The notes: generated by a model not told the origin, from the letters alone. A stretch of 62,429 nt of DNA, filler included, from Asterionella formosa (GCA_002256025.1; 19 parts of 19 records of this genome joined end to end with filler, not necessarily neighbours in it), one strand, 5' to 3'. Positions 37,455-49,936 are shown, numbered from the whole stretch's first letter. Numbers and translations are program-made.

Positions 37455-38273
37455 GTTGTTCAAACTGTGCGACTGGTCGTTACAACGAACACACTAGCAA
37501 CCCACAGTTGAAAACCAATCCTGCTTGGAACAAGAATTCTGAAAGAAGGATTGAGCAATATTGCTTTCGCTTGTCCACCAATGAAGCTTGTGAATTTTTA
37601 TTGTTGAGCACAATCCTTGTCAATTCGGAATGCTATGCACCAAGACTCAAATACGCCGATGTATGTTGTTCGAGTAGGCTCCTGCTGCTGGATCGCTTAA
37701 TTTATCTCAGCGGATGCAAATCGAAATAACTGAATGATGCAAGAAGAGTGACGATGACGACGAGGCATGAGGAGGGAGGAACAGTGTGGAACAATAATAA
37801 TACCTGACAAAAACAAAAAAGGCAAAGCAAGAAACAAAAATCGACTCAGAACGGAAAGGAAAGATGAGTACCGGTAAATGCCACGCCTTATTCAGACTTA
37901 CACTCTAAATGGGAGTACCGTACCGGTAATAGACTCTAGACTCCTGGTAAAATAGTTACTTTATACCGGTACACGTATTCATACCGGAATACGCCTTCAA
38001 CAAAAACCGCGGTCGTGTCGGAATCGTGGTAACTAGCTGTACAGGTAGACTACGATACTCCCTTAAGTGCTTGGATGATGTTCTGCATCAAGTACTCATG
38101 AACGAAGCCCCGATTTCATCTACATCATTGACAAGGATAACCTCTTCTTCAACCTGATAAATGGTACCCGTACTAGAATATAGCCTGCAACATTACATTT
38201 CATGTGCAGGCAAGATTTCTATTTTGTTTTGATGGCGGAAATGAGTTGGGTCAACAATGGCATATAAAATGGA

Positions 38274-39101
38274 TCAACAGCTCTTAATCAACTGAAATAG
38301 GAGTATGGCTGCACCAGCCTCTTGCATCTCTTGAATAGCTTTATTTCTTATGCATGGCAAATCACTTGGTCGTATCAGTTGTTTGAGAGCTAGGCCCAGT
38401 GACATTGCATGCCCTACGATATAGTCTTCCAACTGCTCCGAGGTCGCCACTTTGCCATGTCCTGGCAGGGATGCTCGAGCGACATGAGATAGAACAAAGT
38501 GGCCATTAGGTGAAAGGTATTGACACACACTCATGAGTATCGCGTCTAGAGCGACAATGTCGTAAAGCACATCCGCTGCAAGAATAGTGTCGACTTTTCC
38601 ACACAAAATGTTGGACTCCTTTCCCCAATCCAATTTGGCAATGCTCCATCTTGTATCACTTGGATCTAAATTGTGCTGGCAATTCTTCAGACAAAGATCC
38701 AACACTGCTGTGTCATTATCTGTCAATAAGACCTTTCGACATCCCAAATGTTCATGGAGGAGGAGGACAATACTACCAAGACCTGTTCCGCAACCAAGCT
38801 CAAGGATCGAATTGTTCTGAAAGGCTGTCAGCAGCTGCATTGACCCGCTTCTCAACGCTTCGACAAAAAACTGGACACCCATCCAAACGCGATGCCCGGT
38901 GGCATCATGGGAACCATCTGATAGATTCATCATGTCGAGCGGCGATAGAGTTGATACACAAGCGATCGTCAGAGGTGGCGCGTGGTCAGACCATAGTATG
39001 TTAATTAATTCATGATCAATAAACCCATTGGTGTCCACTGTCGACCAGTCGTCTATATATTCCTTTGGAACCACCGCGTTGTTCATGGTAAAGCCAGACA
39101 T
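38274..39101 (-). CDS. Protein lysine methyltransferase (Methyltransf_16/METTL21-like)
   Basis: DATGHRVW, ILELGCGTG, LLTD, LDWG, ILAADVLY; start codon uncertain. Confidence 0.9.
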   Translation of the reverse strand: MSGFTMNNAVVPKEYIDDWSTVDTNGFIDHELINILWSDHAPPLTIACVSTLSPLDMMNLSDGSHDATGHRVWMGVQFFVEALRSGSMQLLTAFQNNSILELGCGTGLGSIVLLLHEHLGCRKVLLTDNDTAVLDLCLKNCQHNLDPSDTRWSIAKLDWGKESNILCGKVDTILAADVLYDIVALDAILMSVCQYLSPNGHFVLSHVARASLPGHGKVATSEQLEDYIVGHAMSLGLALKQLIRPSDLPCIRNKAIQEMQEAGAAILLFQLIKSC

Positions 39102-39952
39102 TGCTGTGAAGATTGCAGTGATGCGTAAACGTAGGTAATACTTCTCATCATGCACGACTTCGAAAATTATGAACAGTATGATGTGGAGTACCTGGTACCG
39201 GTACCAGTACCAGTACTAAGATTTATGATATTGTTTTAAATAGCTTTTATGCAGTTTGTGAAATGAAACACAACAACATGGCGATGCAAGTACCGTTACC
39301 AGTACCAGGTACTGCAAATTTAATTTAATATATTGGATTAAAAAAACCTGACATTTATTTTCGATACAATTACCGGAACTTGCTGGTACCAGGTACCGGT
39401 AATATAAAGAGTTGAATACATACTGGCATGTATCGTTAGAGTCCACACGATATTGTATACATATTCCCTTTATGTACCATACTGGTACATAAGGTAGAGA
39501 AGCAATGACGTATCTGGTACCAGGCACCAGGTACAGTACCTAGGTACATACTTGTCGGAGTACATTCATGCATATCGAGGGTCGTGGTTGTCACTGGTAA
39601 GAACATATCGGTAACTGGTACCAGGTACCAGGAACGTAAATACATACCAGTAAATGCACCATGCATTCGTTCTCACCCGGATGTTGAACCATATCTGCAC
39701 GACTGCCTAGTAAACTACCGATATGATACTAACGATACCTGATGGGGAGTACCAGTGCCGGTAGAACCATTGCTTTTCATACACGCACCGGTATATCATA
39801 TCGGTAGTATATTTATAACCGGTAAATATGTTTCGTGTTGCTTTTCTGGAAACAAGCAATAAGCAGTTTGCATACTTCAACACTAACTATACGCGACATC
39901 CAATTAGAAACAATTTTTGCATCCTCCTCATATATTGACAGTAACAATCATC

Positions 39953-41083
39953 ATGGGGAAGATATCAACGGTGTTGCTGCTCTGTATTACAGCCTTCATA
40001 TCCAATGCCCTCGTGACACAGATAGTTACAGAAAGAATACTCCCACCATCAGCATATGACACTATATTGAATGGAAAGATTGCTGTTGTTCCCAATTTTA
40101 TCTCAAACGATCGAATCGCTGATCTCCGACAAGATGCCATGGCTTTGCATAGGGACGAAAAGTTTAGTACAGATGCACTAGCAAGTTATGGGACCTCTGG
40201 GAAATTCGATCCTACTAAAGATAGGGCCGTCTTGAAATTGAATCAATGGAAGGATACAACTTTGGGAAGTTGGGAAACCCGCAAGAACTTTGGGCATACA
40301 ATGGCGCAGTTGAGGACTGATTTAGCATATCACTTGGGTCGACCCAAGTTGGCCACGGGTATTTCCACTTTGAAGTATGGTGATGGATCCACAGAAATTT
40401 CGTATACTCGGTTTGGTCCTGGGGCTTTTCTCAAACGTCACGTGGATGAGCATCATGAGGAACTCAAGGGTCGAGACGGATGGGCCAAACCAACTCGGCG
40501 ATCTGTGAGCTGGTTGATATACTTGAACGAAGATTGGAAGAAAAGTAATGGGGGACAATTGAGGTGTTTTGAAAGGACATCACTTCCCAGTCATTCGGTC
40601 GGAGCGAGACCGAATGGAGACTTGCAAATTGGTTGGTTACGAGCATCTCCAAGCGATCCCATTGAGAGACCGGTCTTTTTGGATAGTCGACGCCACGATG
40701 GTAATTGTGCCATGTATCTTGATGATACAGGCAGTTGTCAGAGACAGTATATTACAAAGGATTTTTTTGCACATCCAATTTTGTACATGGCTGGGGGTGA
40801 GAGTTTGACCAAGAAGCTGTTGGTGGATCGAAAGGACTTGGCAGATCGCTTTCACCTTATCGAACCACCCAAGAGTCTAGTGGGAGACATGTTAGCTTTA
40901 TCGGATCCAAGTGATGAAATTTTAGAGGAAATCGATCCCCTCGGAGGAACCCTTGTCCTCTTCGATTCCGTGGCGTTGCCTCATGAAGTGCTGGCAACCA
41001 ACAACCGCGAACGTTGGGCATCATCTGGGTGGATGCACGAAGATCAGCAGCCCGGTCCAGAAGTATCACAAAAGCCGACGTAG
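39953..41083 (+). CDS. 2OG-Fe(II) oxygenase (prolyl-hydroxylase-like) with signal peptide
   Basis: FLKRHVD, SWLIYLNEDW..GGQLR, GTLVLFDS..PHEV..RWASSGW; hydrophobic N-terminus. Confidence 0.9.
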   Translation: MGKISTVLLLCITAFISNALVTQIVTERILPPSAYDTILNGKIAVVPNFISNDRIADLRQDAMALHRDEKFSTDALASYGTSGKFDPTKDRAVLKLNQWKDTTLGSWETRKNFGHTMAQLRTDLAYHLGRPKLATGISTLKYGDGSTEISYTRFGPGAFLKRHVDEHHEELKGRDGWAKPTRRSVSWLIYLNEDWKKSNGGQLRCFERTSLPSHSVGARPNGDLQIGWLRASPSDPIERPVFLDSRRHDGNCAMYLDDTGSCQRQYITKDFFAHPILYMAGGESLTKKLLVDRKDLADRFHLIEPPKSLVGDMLALSDPSDEILEEIDPLGGTLVLFDSVALPHEVLATNNRERWASSGWMHEDQQPGPEVSQKPT

Positions 41084-42238
41084 CGGTTTGTTTCGATTCA
41101 TTGATAACATAAGTACAAAGTAGTGATCTAATTGGCAGCCTATTGCATCTGCGTGTTCCCAGTTATTTTGCAATGTTGCAAGCTCCAAATAAGCACACCA
41201 CTAGAGCTCCCATAAGATTCTAAGCATAAGTTTCATTGTCAACAACACATGACTTTGTTTTCCCAAGCTCTAGTGTTATCCCAATCTAAACAATTCGCAT
41301 GAAGGATTAGCAACCCCAACAAGCTCTGATATTTCTACTGCTACAAGCCAGGAGTGTAAATTTGGCTAGCTCTATTATGGCAGTAACTGTGAATGCTCTG
41401 CTTTCTCGAGCTTAATTAATATTAAATCTTGACTAACTGCATACAGTAAGTAAGGAACCAAGTGCAAATACCTGTAGTGCTAAATTTAAAACAGACTTGC
41501 CTATTACCGGTACCAGTACCCTGGTACTGGTAGTATGAATCGCGATTTGATATGAGTAAAATAGTGGTCTACCGGTACGAGATAGTCTACCGGTAGTGGT
41601 CAGTAGGAAAAGAAATGGAAGAAGCTTACAACGACTACTGAGTACGGTATGAAGCACTAAAGTTGAATCTTGTTTTGTGATGCAAAAAAATTATGCTACC
41701 CCGGCGAACTTGTTTCATTATATACTAAATAATATATAACAATACCAAAGAGTATACATATGTCTTAGACTCCTGACCACCGCTACTTCTTACTATCGCG
41801 AGCGAACTCCATGCACACCGTCTTACATACGACTGTATGCATCAGCACGGGTACCTGGTGGTAGTAACTTGTACCGGTACATAAAAAATGCAACAATTGC
41901 TTCATGGCTGTGACGTGGTAGAAAACCAGGTTGTTTTGGCTGCCTCGTCGGCGTCATGTTTTGCTGACCACAGTCGCTCGTCCGCGCAAAGAATTATGTA
42001 CACTGGTATTCGCTCACCGTGAAGTGATCGCCTGATGATGTTGGTATCTGGCTCATCCTTCATACCAGGGGTCTCGCAGAGGGCTAATGATGCACGTCAT
42101 GATTGTGACTCTTTGTTGTTAAATTGTTTGAATGCTGCCCCTCGCATGCAGAAATAGGCTCATACATTTCATATCAACATCGAGTTCTAAAGCTGATTGC
42201 ATTGTGTTAAAGTCACCTTTCTACGGAAACACTAGCAA

Positions 42239-43402
42239 ATGATGAAGATTTCAATCTGTGCCCTGACTCTCCTCCTTGCTGCATCTGCCAACGCCTTCAT
42301 GGCTCCTTCCAGTCGAGGCATCAGTTTTGCAAGAATGGGACCTCTTAAAATGGCAGAGTCGTCCGATGATAAAATTGCTGCCCTTCGCGCCGCAGCTGCC
42401 CGTGCCCGTGAAGAAGCCAGTAAGCTAGAAGATGCACTTGGCCGTTCAGGTAGTAACAGTGCGGCCGCAGTGGCTGCCAAAAAGAGCACGGCAAAGGCTT
42501 CCCTGTCAGCCGAACAAATCGCTTCGCTTACTTCTTCCATTACCTTTTCCGGTGATGCTGTCGCGCAAGCAACTCAATTAGATGAGCTGGTCTCCAGCGG
42601 TGATTTCACTCTTTGGAAATCGGCTACCAAGGACAACAACCTGCGAGTATTTCCAGTTACTCTTAAATTCTTGGAAGATCGTACTTCCGGGAAAGTAAAT
42701 GGCGACGCCTTGGGCCTTTCAGGAGAACTCGAAGTCGGTCTCGACGACTTCAAGTACGCCACACTCGGAATCACACTCGGATGCTCGGTCTTGGGAATCG
42801 CTTCTCTTGCCTTGTTGCCTGAGAACATTGGAGCGACCTTTTGCTACTTCTTTGCTTTGATTCCTGTTCTCTTCCTCGGTTTGGGATCTACCGCTCCTGG
42901 TCTGATTGCGAATGTCATTGCCAGGACGAAGGGAACTGCAGATGATCAAGACCAACGTCTCGAGAGAATTTGCCGTCACGAAGCCGGTCACTTTATGGCC
43001 GGCTATCTTTGCGGTCTCCCTGTCAAGGGCTATTCAATCCTGGACGAGGGCATCCCTTGCGTCGAATTTCATTCGTCTCCTCAAGGCGATGCGAGCGCCC
43101 GTGAGTTGTCACAAGAAGAAATCGCGGTACTCTCTGTCGTGGCCATGTCGGGTTCGGTCGCAGAAGTTCTCAAGTTTCAGAACGCAAAGGGAGGAGAAAG
43201 TGATTTGATTGAATTGCAAGGACTATTTCGACGTTCCAAGGAGTTTGTTGGGGCACAAAAGCAGCAAGACTTGACTCGTTGGGGTGCGTTAACAGCCTTT
43301 CAGTTATTGAACAAGAATTTGGAGAAGTACGAAGTTCTGGTCGATGCTTTCAAGTCAAAAAGAACTGTATCAGAATGTATTGCTTTGTTGGAGTCTAGAT
43401 AA
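42239..43402 (+). CDS. Plastid-targeted peptidase M41-like membrane protein without AAA domain
   Basis: Bipartite presequence ASANA-FMAP; two hydrophobic segments; RHEAGHFMAGYL (HExxH); MSGSVAE, GGESD. Confidence 0.85.
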   Translation: MMKISICALTLLLAASANAFMAPSSRGISFARMGPLKMAESSDDKIAALRAAAARAREEASKLEDALGRSGSNSAAAVAAKKSTAKASLSAEQIASLTSSITFSGDAVAQATQLDELVSSGDFTLWKSATKDNNLRVFPVTLKFLEDRTSGKVNGDALGLSGELEVGLDDFKYATLGITLGCSVLGIASLALLPENIGATFCYFFALIPVLFLGLGSTAPGLIANVIARTKGTADDQDQRLERICRHEAGHFMAGYLCGLPVKGYSILDEGIPCVEFHSSPQGDASARELSQEEIAVLSVVAMSGSVAEVLKFQNAKGGESDLIELQGLFRRSKEFVGAQKQQDLTRWGALTAFQLLNKNLEKYEVLVDAFKSKRTVSECIALLESR

Positions 43403-43590
43403 TGATAACGAAGAATTAAATCAAATACCTGTATGTATTAGTTTCACAGTCATTCTATGAAAATTGGCAGACTTTATCGATTTCCTAAGGAAATTTTATT
43501 AACTATTCCGTGCGCGCAGAAAAGATTCCTGAAGTTATATGAACACGTGGCTTTTGCTCCATCGCACACCACTCTATCACATTTCATTCT

Positions 43591-44766
43591 CTACAAGTCA
43601 TTCAGCTCCTTCAAGACCTTTTTGCAGGACTGCGCCCTAAGCTTCAAAATTTCCGCGCATGACTCTTCCGCATTAACCACAATGGAAACTTGCTGCCCTT
43701 CATCTTGATCGAACATGGCGTAGATGACATCCTTCAATTCCGCCGCCGATCCCGTCCAAAGTTCGCCGTCGAGGTGCGTCACAACATCTCCCTTTTGCAC
43801 ACCTAACCTTCCGGCTGGCCCGCGGACGGCACTAACCTTCACCCGAGGTTTAGGATTTTCCACAACCTTGGTATTTTTTGCTTGCGACAAAATATTAGTC
43901 ATACCAGGCGTTGGTTTGGATAGATGAGCCCTTGAAAAGGCGTCTGAAATGCTCCCATCCCAAACGTCATCTTCAAAACTTAAAGCCTTTGCTGTTCTCC
44001 TTGACCACACGTCGAGCATGAAAAACTTGGGCATTCTTGCGGGTAACGGATGGAGCTTGCGATACTTTGCCAACCTTTCCAATTGCTTGCGTTCGTCGTC
44101 CCAAGTCAGGTTAACTGAAGAGGACTTTTGTGTGGGCGTCACACCTTTCAATGTGAGTTGAAAAATGCCATGCAGAATTTGAGCAGCTTGAGCCAGCTTG
44201 GGTACTTCTCCTGATGTAAGTAGGAGAGTGACATATTCTTGCTCCGCAGGTGACATGGCGAACTCGAGACCTTGAAAGAGGGTTGTGTCGACCAAGACAA
44301 TCTCTCCTTGGACTCCTCTACCTGTTTTGGGCATAGTTAAATCCAAAGCCTCGAGTGCACTTTCGCCTCGATCTTTCTGGAATTTTTGTAATCTCAATTG
44401 TGCGTGTTCAATATCCTTTGCGTAAACTTGCAAAAATTCATGCTTGAGTCTTAATTGCGTTGAATTAAGTTCCGAGTCGGACATGTGCCGATACTTTTCC
44501 GACGCCTTCGCCCTGCGCAGCAGAAGCGAATCTTCAATCGTATCCTTTAAGAAGCCTCGGCATTGCGGGCACTGTAGTTTCACTTTGACAGCCCTATTTC
44601 CATCCGATGCCTCTTGATAGTCATCCTTGGAGGAGTCAACCAAGTGTTCGACGCAAGAGGCACAGAAGTTATACCCGCATTTTGATGGACAGAGAATTGG
44701 ATACAAATTGTCGGCTTCCGTCATTCCATCCATACAAATAGGGCAATCAGTGTAACCACCCATCAT
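43591..44766 (-). CDS. RING-finger protein with C-terminal PDZ-like domain
   Basis: CPIC..CPSKCGYNFCASC..CPQCR; VSAVRGPAGRLGVQKGDVVTHLDGE. Confidence 0.8.
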   Translation of the reverse strand: MMGGYTDCPICMDGMTEADNLYPILCPSKCGYNFCASCVEHLVDSSKDDYQEASDGNRAVKVKLQCPQCRGFLKDTIEDSLLLRRAKASEKYRHMSDSELNSTQLRLKHEFLQVYAKDIEHAQLRLQKFQKDRGESALEALDLTMPKTGRGVQGEIVLVDTTLFQGLEFAMSPAEQEYVTLLLTSGEVPKLAQAAQILHGIFQLTLKGVTPTQKSSSVNLTWDDERKQLERLAKYRKLHPLPARMPKFFMLDVWSRRTAKALSFEDDVWDGSISDAFSRAHLSKPTPGMTNILSQAKNTKVVENPKPRVKVSAVRGPAGRLGVQKGDVVTHLDGELWTGSAAELKDVIYAMFDQDEGQQVSIVVNAEESCAEILKLRAQSCKKVLKELNDL

Positions 44767-45713
44767 GATGTAGATTATGTTCGGTCTCAACAAGAGCGGG
44801 TCAATGATGGAGAAACGAACGTCGGTGCAACTCAGTTTTCAATTCTGTTTTTGTCCGCATGCATATATCAAGAAAGTGGACAAAGGAGGTCGTATTCATA
44901 TGATACGTATAACGTCGTTGAAACGCATACCACCACAGTGAAAGCCATAGTACATTACCTACCGTCCGTTGAACAATACAGACATACACAGATACCGGTA
45001 GGTATGATACTCGATGCAAAATATTTAATGAACGTAGACCCCTACTGCCGGTATTTTACTGGAAATTCCAGGAAGTACCATTTTTTCAAAAACTGAATGG
45101 AAAAATCCAGTAAAATCATAAAATTTTAAAGCAATGACCCTGGCGAAAATTTATGTGAAACTTCACCTGAAAGCCAGAAGAAGTAACCTTGCTTCCCAAA
45201 ATACATAGAGGCATCAATTTATGTGAAGAGCTAAATTGTTCAGACCAGATAGCTAGCTACAAGGCTTGTTAGATGTTGTGATAGACAATGGACAAGCCTG
45301 CCAAGCAGTTTTGGAGGTTTTGTGCAGCAGAGTTCAGCTTGAATAAGTTATTGTGCTGCTTTACAGGTTGAATAATGAATTGAACTGTATGATCATGTCC
45401 TACGTTTGGCCTGCCTGTCTTGCCAAGTTTTACCACAGTAACACCAGAAGTGCTCTAGCTACTATTGCAAAACAAGTATTTTAAGATTATCATAAATATT
45501 CCATGCAGTTCATCATAAGAACATCTCCCAACAGCACGTCATACAAGTTGTTTCAAAATCAAAAAATGGTTAGGGAGAAACTATTTCTTACATTCACACC
45601 AAACAAAGGATGGCACTGCTGTCACTAACCAACAAGCTGAGCCTAGTCTATACAGGTATGTGCATTGACAAGGCAACAGAATTGATGCCTTGAATTATTG
45701 AGGAACAATTACA

Positions 45714-45907
45714 GGGGAATGGTTTAGTGGTTAGCACACCCTATGGGGTGGCAGGTTCGATTCCTGCATTCTCCACCTGTCTTTTTCATGTATTGCCTAG
45801 GGTTCCAGGGGGTGCGGCTGAAGAAAGCAAAGACAGATCCTGTTGTACCATATGGATGAACAAAACCGGTGTTAATTGTTTCCATTGAGAATGTGGGCAC
45901 GAGTGCA
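45714..45907 (+). mobile_element. tRNA-headed SINE-like element, copy 2 (better-preserved head)
   Basis: Acceptor GGGGAAT/ATTCTCC plus A; A-box TGGTTTAGTGG; T-arm GCAGG-TTCGATT-CCTGC; homologous to 402-594. Confidence 0.75.
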
Positions 45908-46317
45908 ATTATTGGATAGCTTTAACATACTATAAAATTTAATTTCAATTTATTGAGGCATAATTCATGCAAAATTGTGCAGCATAACTCTCTATAAACC
46001 TTGTCAGACTTTTCTGAGGGGTTGCAACCTTGGTTGGCTGCATTGCAAAGAGTGGCCATGAATCTTCAATCAAAAGGAATGGTGAGTGCATCAAAAATAA
46101 GCATCACTTTCATTGGGTGGATAGAGTCACTGTGAACCTTCCTTGAAAAACTTGAAATGAGCTCTTATGCAACCATTGAATCTCATTTCAAACTGCCCAT
46201 GTGCTTGTGTGTTGGGCATTCACATCAAGGCAACCATGGCCGGGTTGGCATACATTCATCCTGTGGCGAGAAATTGATGATTCCATTGTTGCTTGGATGT
46301 ATTTTAGGTACCTGGTA

Positions 46318-47053
46318 CCAGTTAAAAACTGTAAGCCACCGTTATTTTACTCCATCTTCCGACTGAAAATATTTAAGTAATTCATCAATCGAAACCTGAT
46401 GCAAGTACGAAGAGTATGTTCGACGATGCACTCTACTCAACAAATAAGTAATCAGTTTCGATTCAGTGTATAAAGCCATGAAGATCTAATTTTTCAAGGT
46501 CATTAAGATTGTTGCATAGCGGCGGCTTACAGTGCATATTTTTCTATCCATACATGACTACCATATATTTTCCCCCCGAACCGTGACTATTTTTACTCCG
46601 TTTATACTACAGAAATTCTTTTCGAATTACTTACCTGTTAGGCGCGATACAATATGCTTTTTGCGCTTGCATCATCACCAAATGTTTCTGACGCATAGTG
46701 TATTCGAAAGCATGATGACCTCGTACACCTAATTAATTATACTAAAATAATTCTATCGGAAGAACATTATCATTCTTGTATATATGCCCGTACACGTATA
46801 GAAAAGGCGATGCCAGCTCAATAGAGTAAACGTGAAAATATACATCTTTCGCAAATTCGCGTCGACAGCAACCTTTGGGCCGTAACAAGTATTTAACAAC
46901 TTACACAAACCGACAATACAAGTACGGAAGTATTTACTCGCTGTATAAATCTGAACAACTCCTTCGTGACAACAATTAACGTTTCTTGCAAAGTAAGTTC
47001 AAACCGTGCGTTTACTCCGTTTAGCGGTGACTTACGGTACAGTTTTTAACTGG
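46318..47053. mobile_element. Tc1/mariner-type non-autonomous element, about 740 bp, flanked by TA
   Basis: TA|CCAGTTAAAAACTGTAAGCCACCG ... CGGTGACTTA[CGGTA]CAGTTTTTAACTGG|TA inverted termini. Confidence 0.85.
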
Positions 47054-47644
47054 TACGGTATATAAATATTCATATCCAAAGTTTGTACATACCTACCTGT
47101 ATACGTACTACAATTATTTGGATCTATCGACATTTTCCTGGACCATAGAGCAATGTGTAGGGTCTACTGAAAACTAGGCATTGACTGAACCAGCTTATGA
47201 ATCCAGCGCGCCATAAAATAAACGAGGAGAAGAATCTTGAATGTAGCCAGTAGGCAGTACATAGGCAGTATGTACCGGTGCTGTGTATAAATGGGTTTGG
47301 CAGGCCATGCGCGCCCATCTTCAATTCCTGTCGTCGTCATCATCACCGATAAATAATAGTAATAATACCTGTACATTGCCTGTGTACATAGTACACATTC
47401 ATTACAAAAATAACGGAACATACCTGTACCGGTGTATGAAAACAGTTTCTTTCAGAGCTTCTCGTCATTTGTTATGCTCATGTCGCTCAACCAAATTCAT
47501 CCTCACGCATCAATTGTGACGAGGAAGTGAGGTTTATCTGCCAATCCAGTTCCATCTCAATTTTGATGTGACAAGGGTACCATACCGGTAGTAGAATCCT
47601 TTTGGTTCACATTGGCTACAGTATCAATAGGAAAACAACTTTCC

Positions 47645-48802
47645 ATGTTTGCCGTATCGACTGATTCTGTCTCGTGCACGGCACCACTTCGTTCCAGTTG
47701 CCGCTGGCCCCTCGCCATTGCTGTCACAATCTTCATTTTTTTGGCAAAGGCGGATATGAATTGGGGGATCAATCTGAAATTCACGGACAAGCATTCCAAT
47801 AAAACGATGTCTAGTCTGCCAACAATTGACGATGGCACTAAAACAGGGATGCCCGTTGTAGAAGGAACACTGCAGATGGAGGTCTATGATGAGCACGAGG
47901 AACAGCATCGTGTGGCGCCTTCAAATTGGGTAGATTCGCATCTTTCCATGGAAGAAACCATCATTATTGTTCTATCTACCCGTTATCACTTTGAAACGAG
48001 AGCTGTGATTCGAGACACCTGGGCTAACCAGAAAACCAATGTATACTTTGTCATTGGCGACGAATGCCCGTACCCTCCTAATCAAAGGCTGAACAAATAT
48101 TCTTGTGAACTAGAACCCAACCAAGTGCATGAATTCAATGTCACGTACACAAAACAGCTTAAATTAGAAAGCAGGATGATTTCTGAAGAACAGCAAACTT
48201 TTCGAGACTTGATCTGGACCCCAAAGCCAGACAGCTATCGGGAGTTACCAAATAAGGTCAAGGAAGCATATTCATGGATTATCTCCAATATGCCTACTGC
48301 AAAATGGATTGTAAAAACTGATGAAGACATGTATGTCCGGGTCGATAGGATGGGAGAATATCTGCAAACCAAAGATGCAGCAAAGTACATGGTTGTCGGT
48401 AAAATTCTAACAAAATCCAAGCCACGTAAGTTTGGGAAATGGAAAGAGTCAAATTATTTCAATACATACTATCCCAGTTTTCCCCAGGGATCAAATGGGC
48501 ATGCAGTTTCTAGACCTGTGGCAGAATATATTGCAATAAATAAGGAAACTCTGGTTGATTATCAGGGAGAAGATGTATCTATTGGCATTTGGTTGGATGA
48601 ATCCCCGTACAAGGCAAAGCTGCAGTGGGTGGAGTCGTCGCAATTCGCTATTCTAAAGTCTCCCAGTGGGAAAGTTCGATCATGCAGAGACAATGATTTT
48701 GTTGTCATTGGCCATAAGATGAGTCCTAGTGCAATTAAATTGTGTTATACACATGATGTGAAGGCATTGCCCAGAGAGGGCAAGAAGCTACATTCTCCGT
48801 AA
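47645..48802 (+). CDS. GT31 beta-1,3-galactosyltransferase family protein
   Basis: N-terminal TM; RAVIRDTW, VYFVIG, KTDEDMYV, EDVSIGIW; start approximate. Confidence 0.88.
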   Translation: MFAVSTDSVSCTAPLRSSCRWPLAIAVTIFIFLAKADMNWGINLKFTDKHSNKTMSSLPTIDDGTKTGMPVVEGTLQMEVYDEHEEQHRVAPSNWVDSHLSMEETIIIVLSTRYHFETRAVIRDTWANQKTNVYFVIGDECPYPPNQRLNKYSCELEPNQVHEFNVTYTKQLKLESRMISEEQQTFRDLIWTPKPDSYRELPNKVKEAYSWIISNMPTAKWIVKTDEDMYVRVDRMGEYLQTKDAAKYMVVGKILTKSKPRKFGKWKESNYFNTYYPSFPQGSNGHAVSRPVAEYIAINKETLVDYQGEDVSIGIWLDESPYKAKLQWVESSQFAILKSPSGKVRSCRDNDFVVIGHKMSPSAIKLCYTHDVKALPREGKKLHSP

Positions 48803-49936
48803 ACTATAGAAAAGTATTTTCCACTAAATTGGTTGAAGTACTAGAGTATTAAACATGTTCAAAAAATGATTAGTTGCTCCATATTTGTCTGTCACCTTCC
48901 AGCAGCTGCCAATCCAGTGGCACAAATTGTTATTGTTATTGCTGGTTCAGAAGGTCAGGCATGTATTGATGAGATTAGTGCTGATCTTGGTCAAGGTGGT
49001 GGTGTACTAGATGAGGCGGTACCAGTGAAACCAGCATACAGAGCACAATTTGATGACTGTAACTGGTCAGCAGAGGAATGAGGTACTCCCTCTGTTCAGC
49101 TTTAGCTGCAACCACATTTAAGGTCACTGCCTCTCATGAAGTGCAGGCTCCAATATTTCTCCGTCTAGAAGCCCCACCTATTTAATAATTATTCCCGTTC
49201 GAATGTTGGATGTAATATATCTTCTAAGTAGTCAAGAATAAGGAATTAGGTGAACCTGACCTAGAATTGCGCCTCAATTGGAATGTTTGCTCTGGAACCC
49301 CAGTGCATGAACTGATCATTCACAAGAACTGTTTTCAATGAACCTTTGGTGTAGCATGGACTTCCCACCAAGCATGATGAAACTTTCATCCAAACCCTGA
49401 GAGTAGCAATTTAATGGACCTCCACTCACATATGTACTATTACCACTACAGCAGCTACTACTATTCACATTTGACCACATTCAGTCATTTGATGATGACT
49501 GGCTGACACAGGACCAATGAATCTTTAATTCTGAAATTTTAAGCCAGGTTGATAGTACCTGGTACCTGTTGAGTACCTGGTACTGGTAGTCTGTTTGGTT
49601 CCTGGCAGCATAGTAGGAGTACCAGATAACTTGTCAACAATCAACATGTAAATGAATACTGGTATTGGTAGACTTCTGCTAACAGCACCAGTATATTCCG
49701 TCGACTGCCAAGTCTCCAGCCAGTATGTATACCGGTATTAATGGCACTAATAGATACATTAATTTACCCGGTTGCTGTCGTTTCTATGTACCGGTACCGG
49801 TAGGCAGGTAGCATTAAGGTTCACGGAAGCCACCAATTTTCCTATGTACTGTAAGTGTGTCTGTATGATGTCTCATGACTTCTCTAAAGCTACCGGTACA
49901 CCGCATAAAGACAATGCTGTCAACAATCAATCGACA

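Noticed and set aside
32826..43208. Many antisense and alternate-frame ORFs over real genes
   Set aside because: Shadows of the main coding sequences with no independent motifs.
45714..45777. Canonical tRNA-Ala gene or tmRNA
   Set aside because: No 7-nt anticodon loop, no tag reading frame, and it heads a dispersed repeat.
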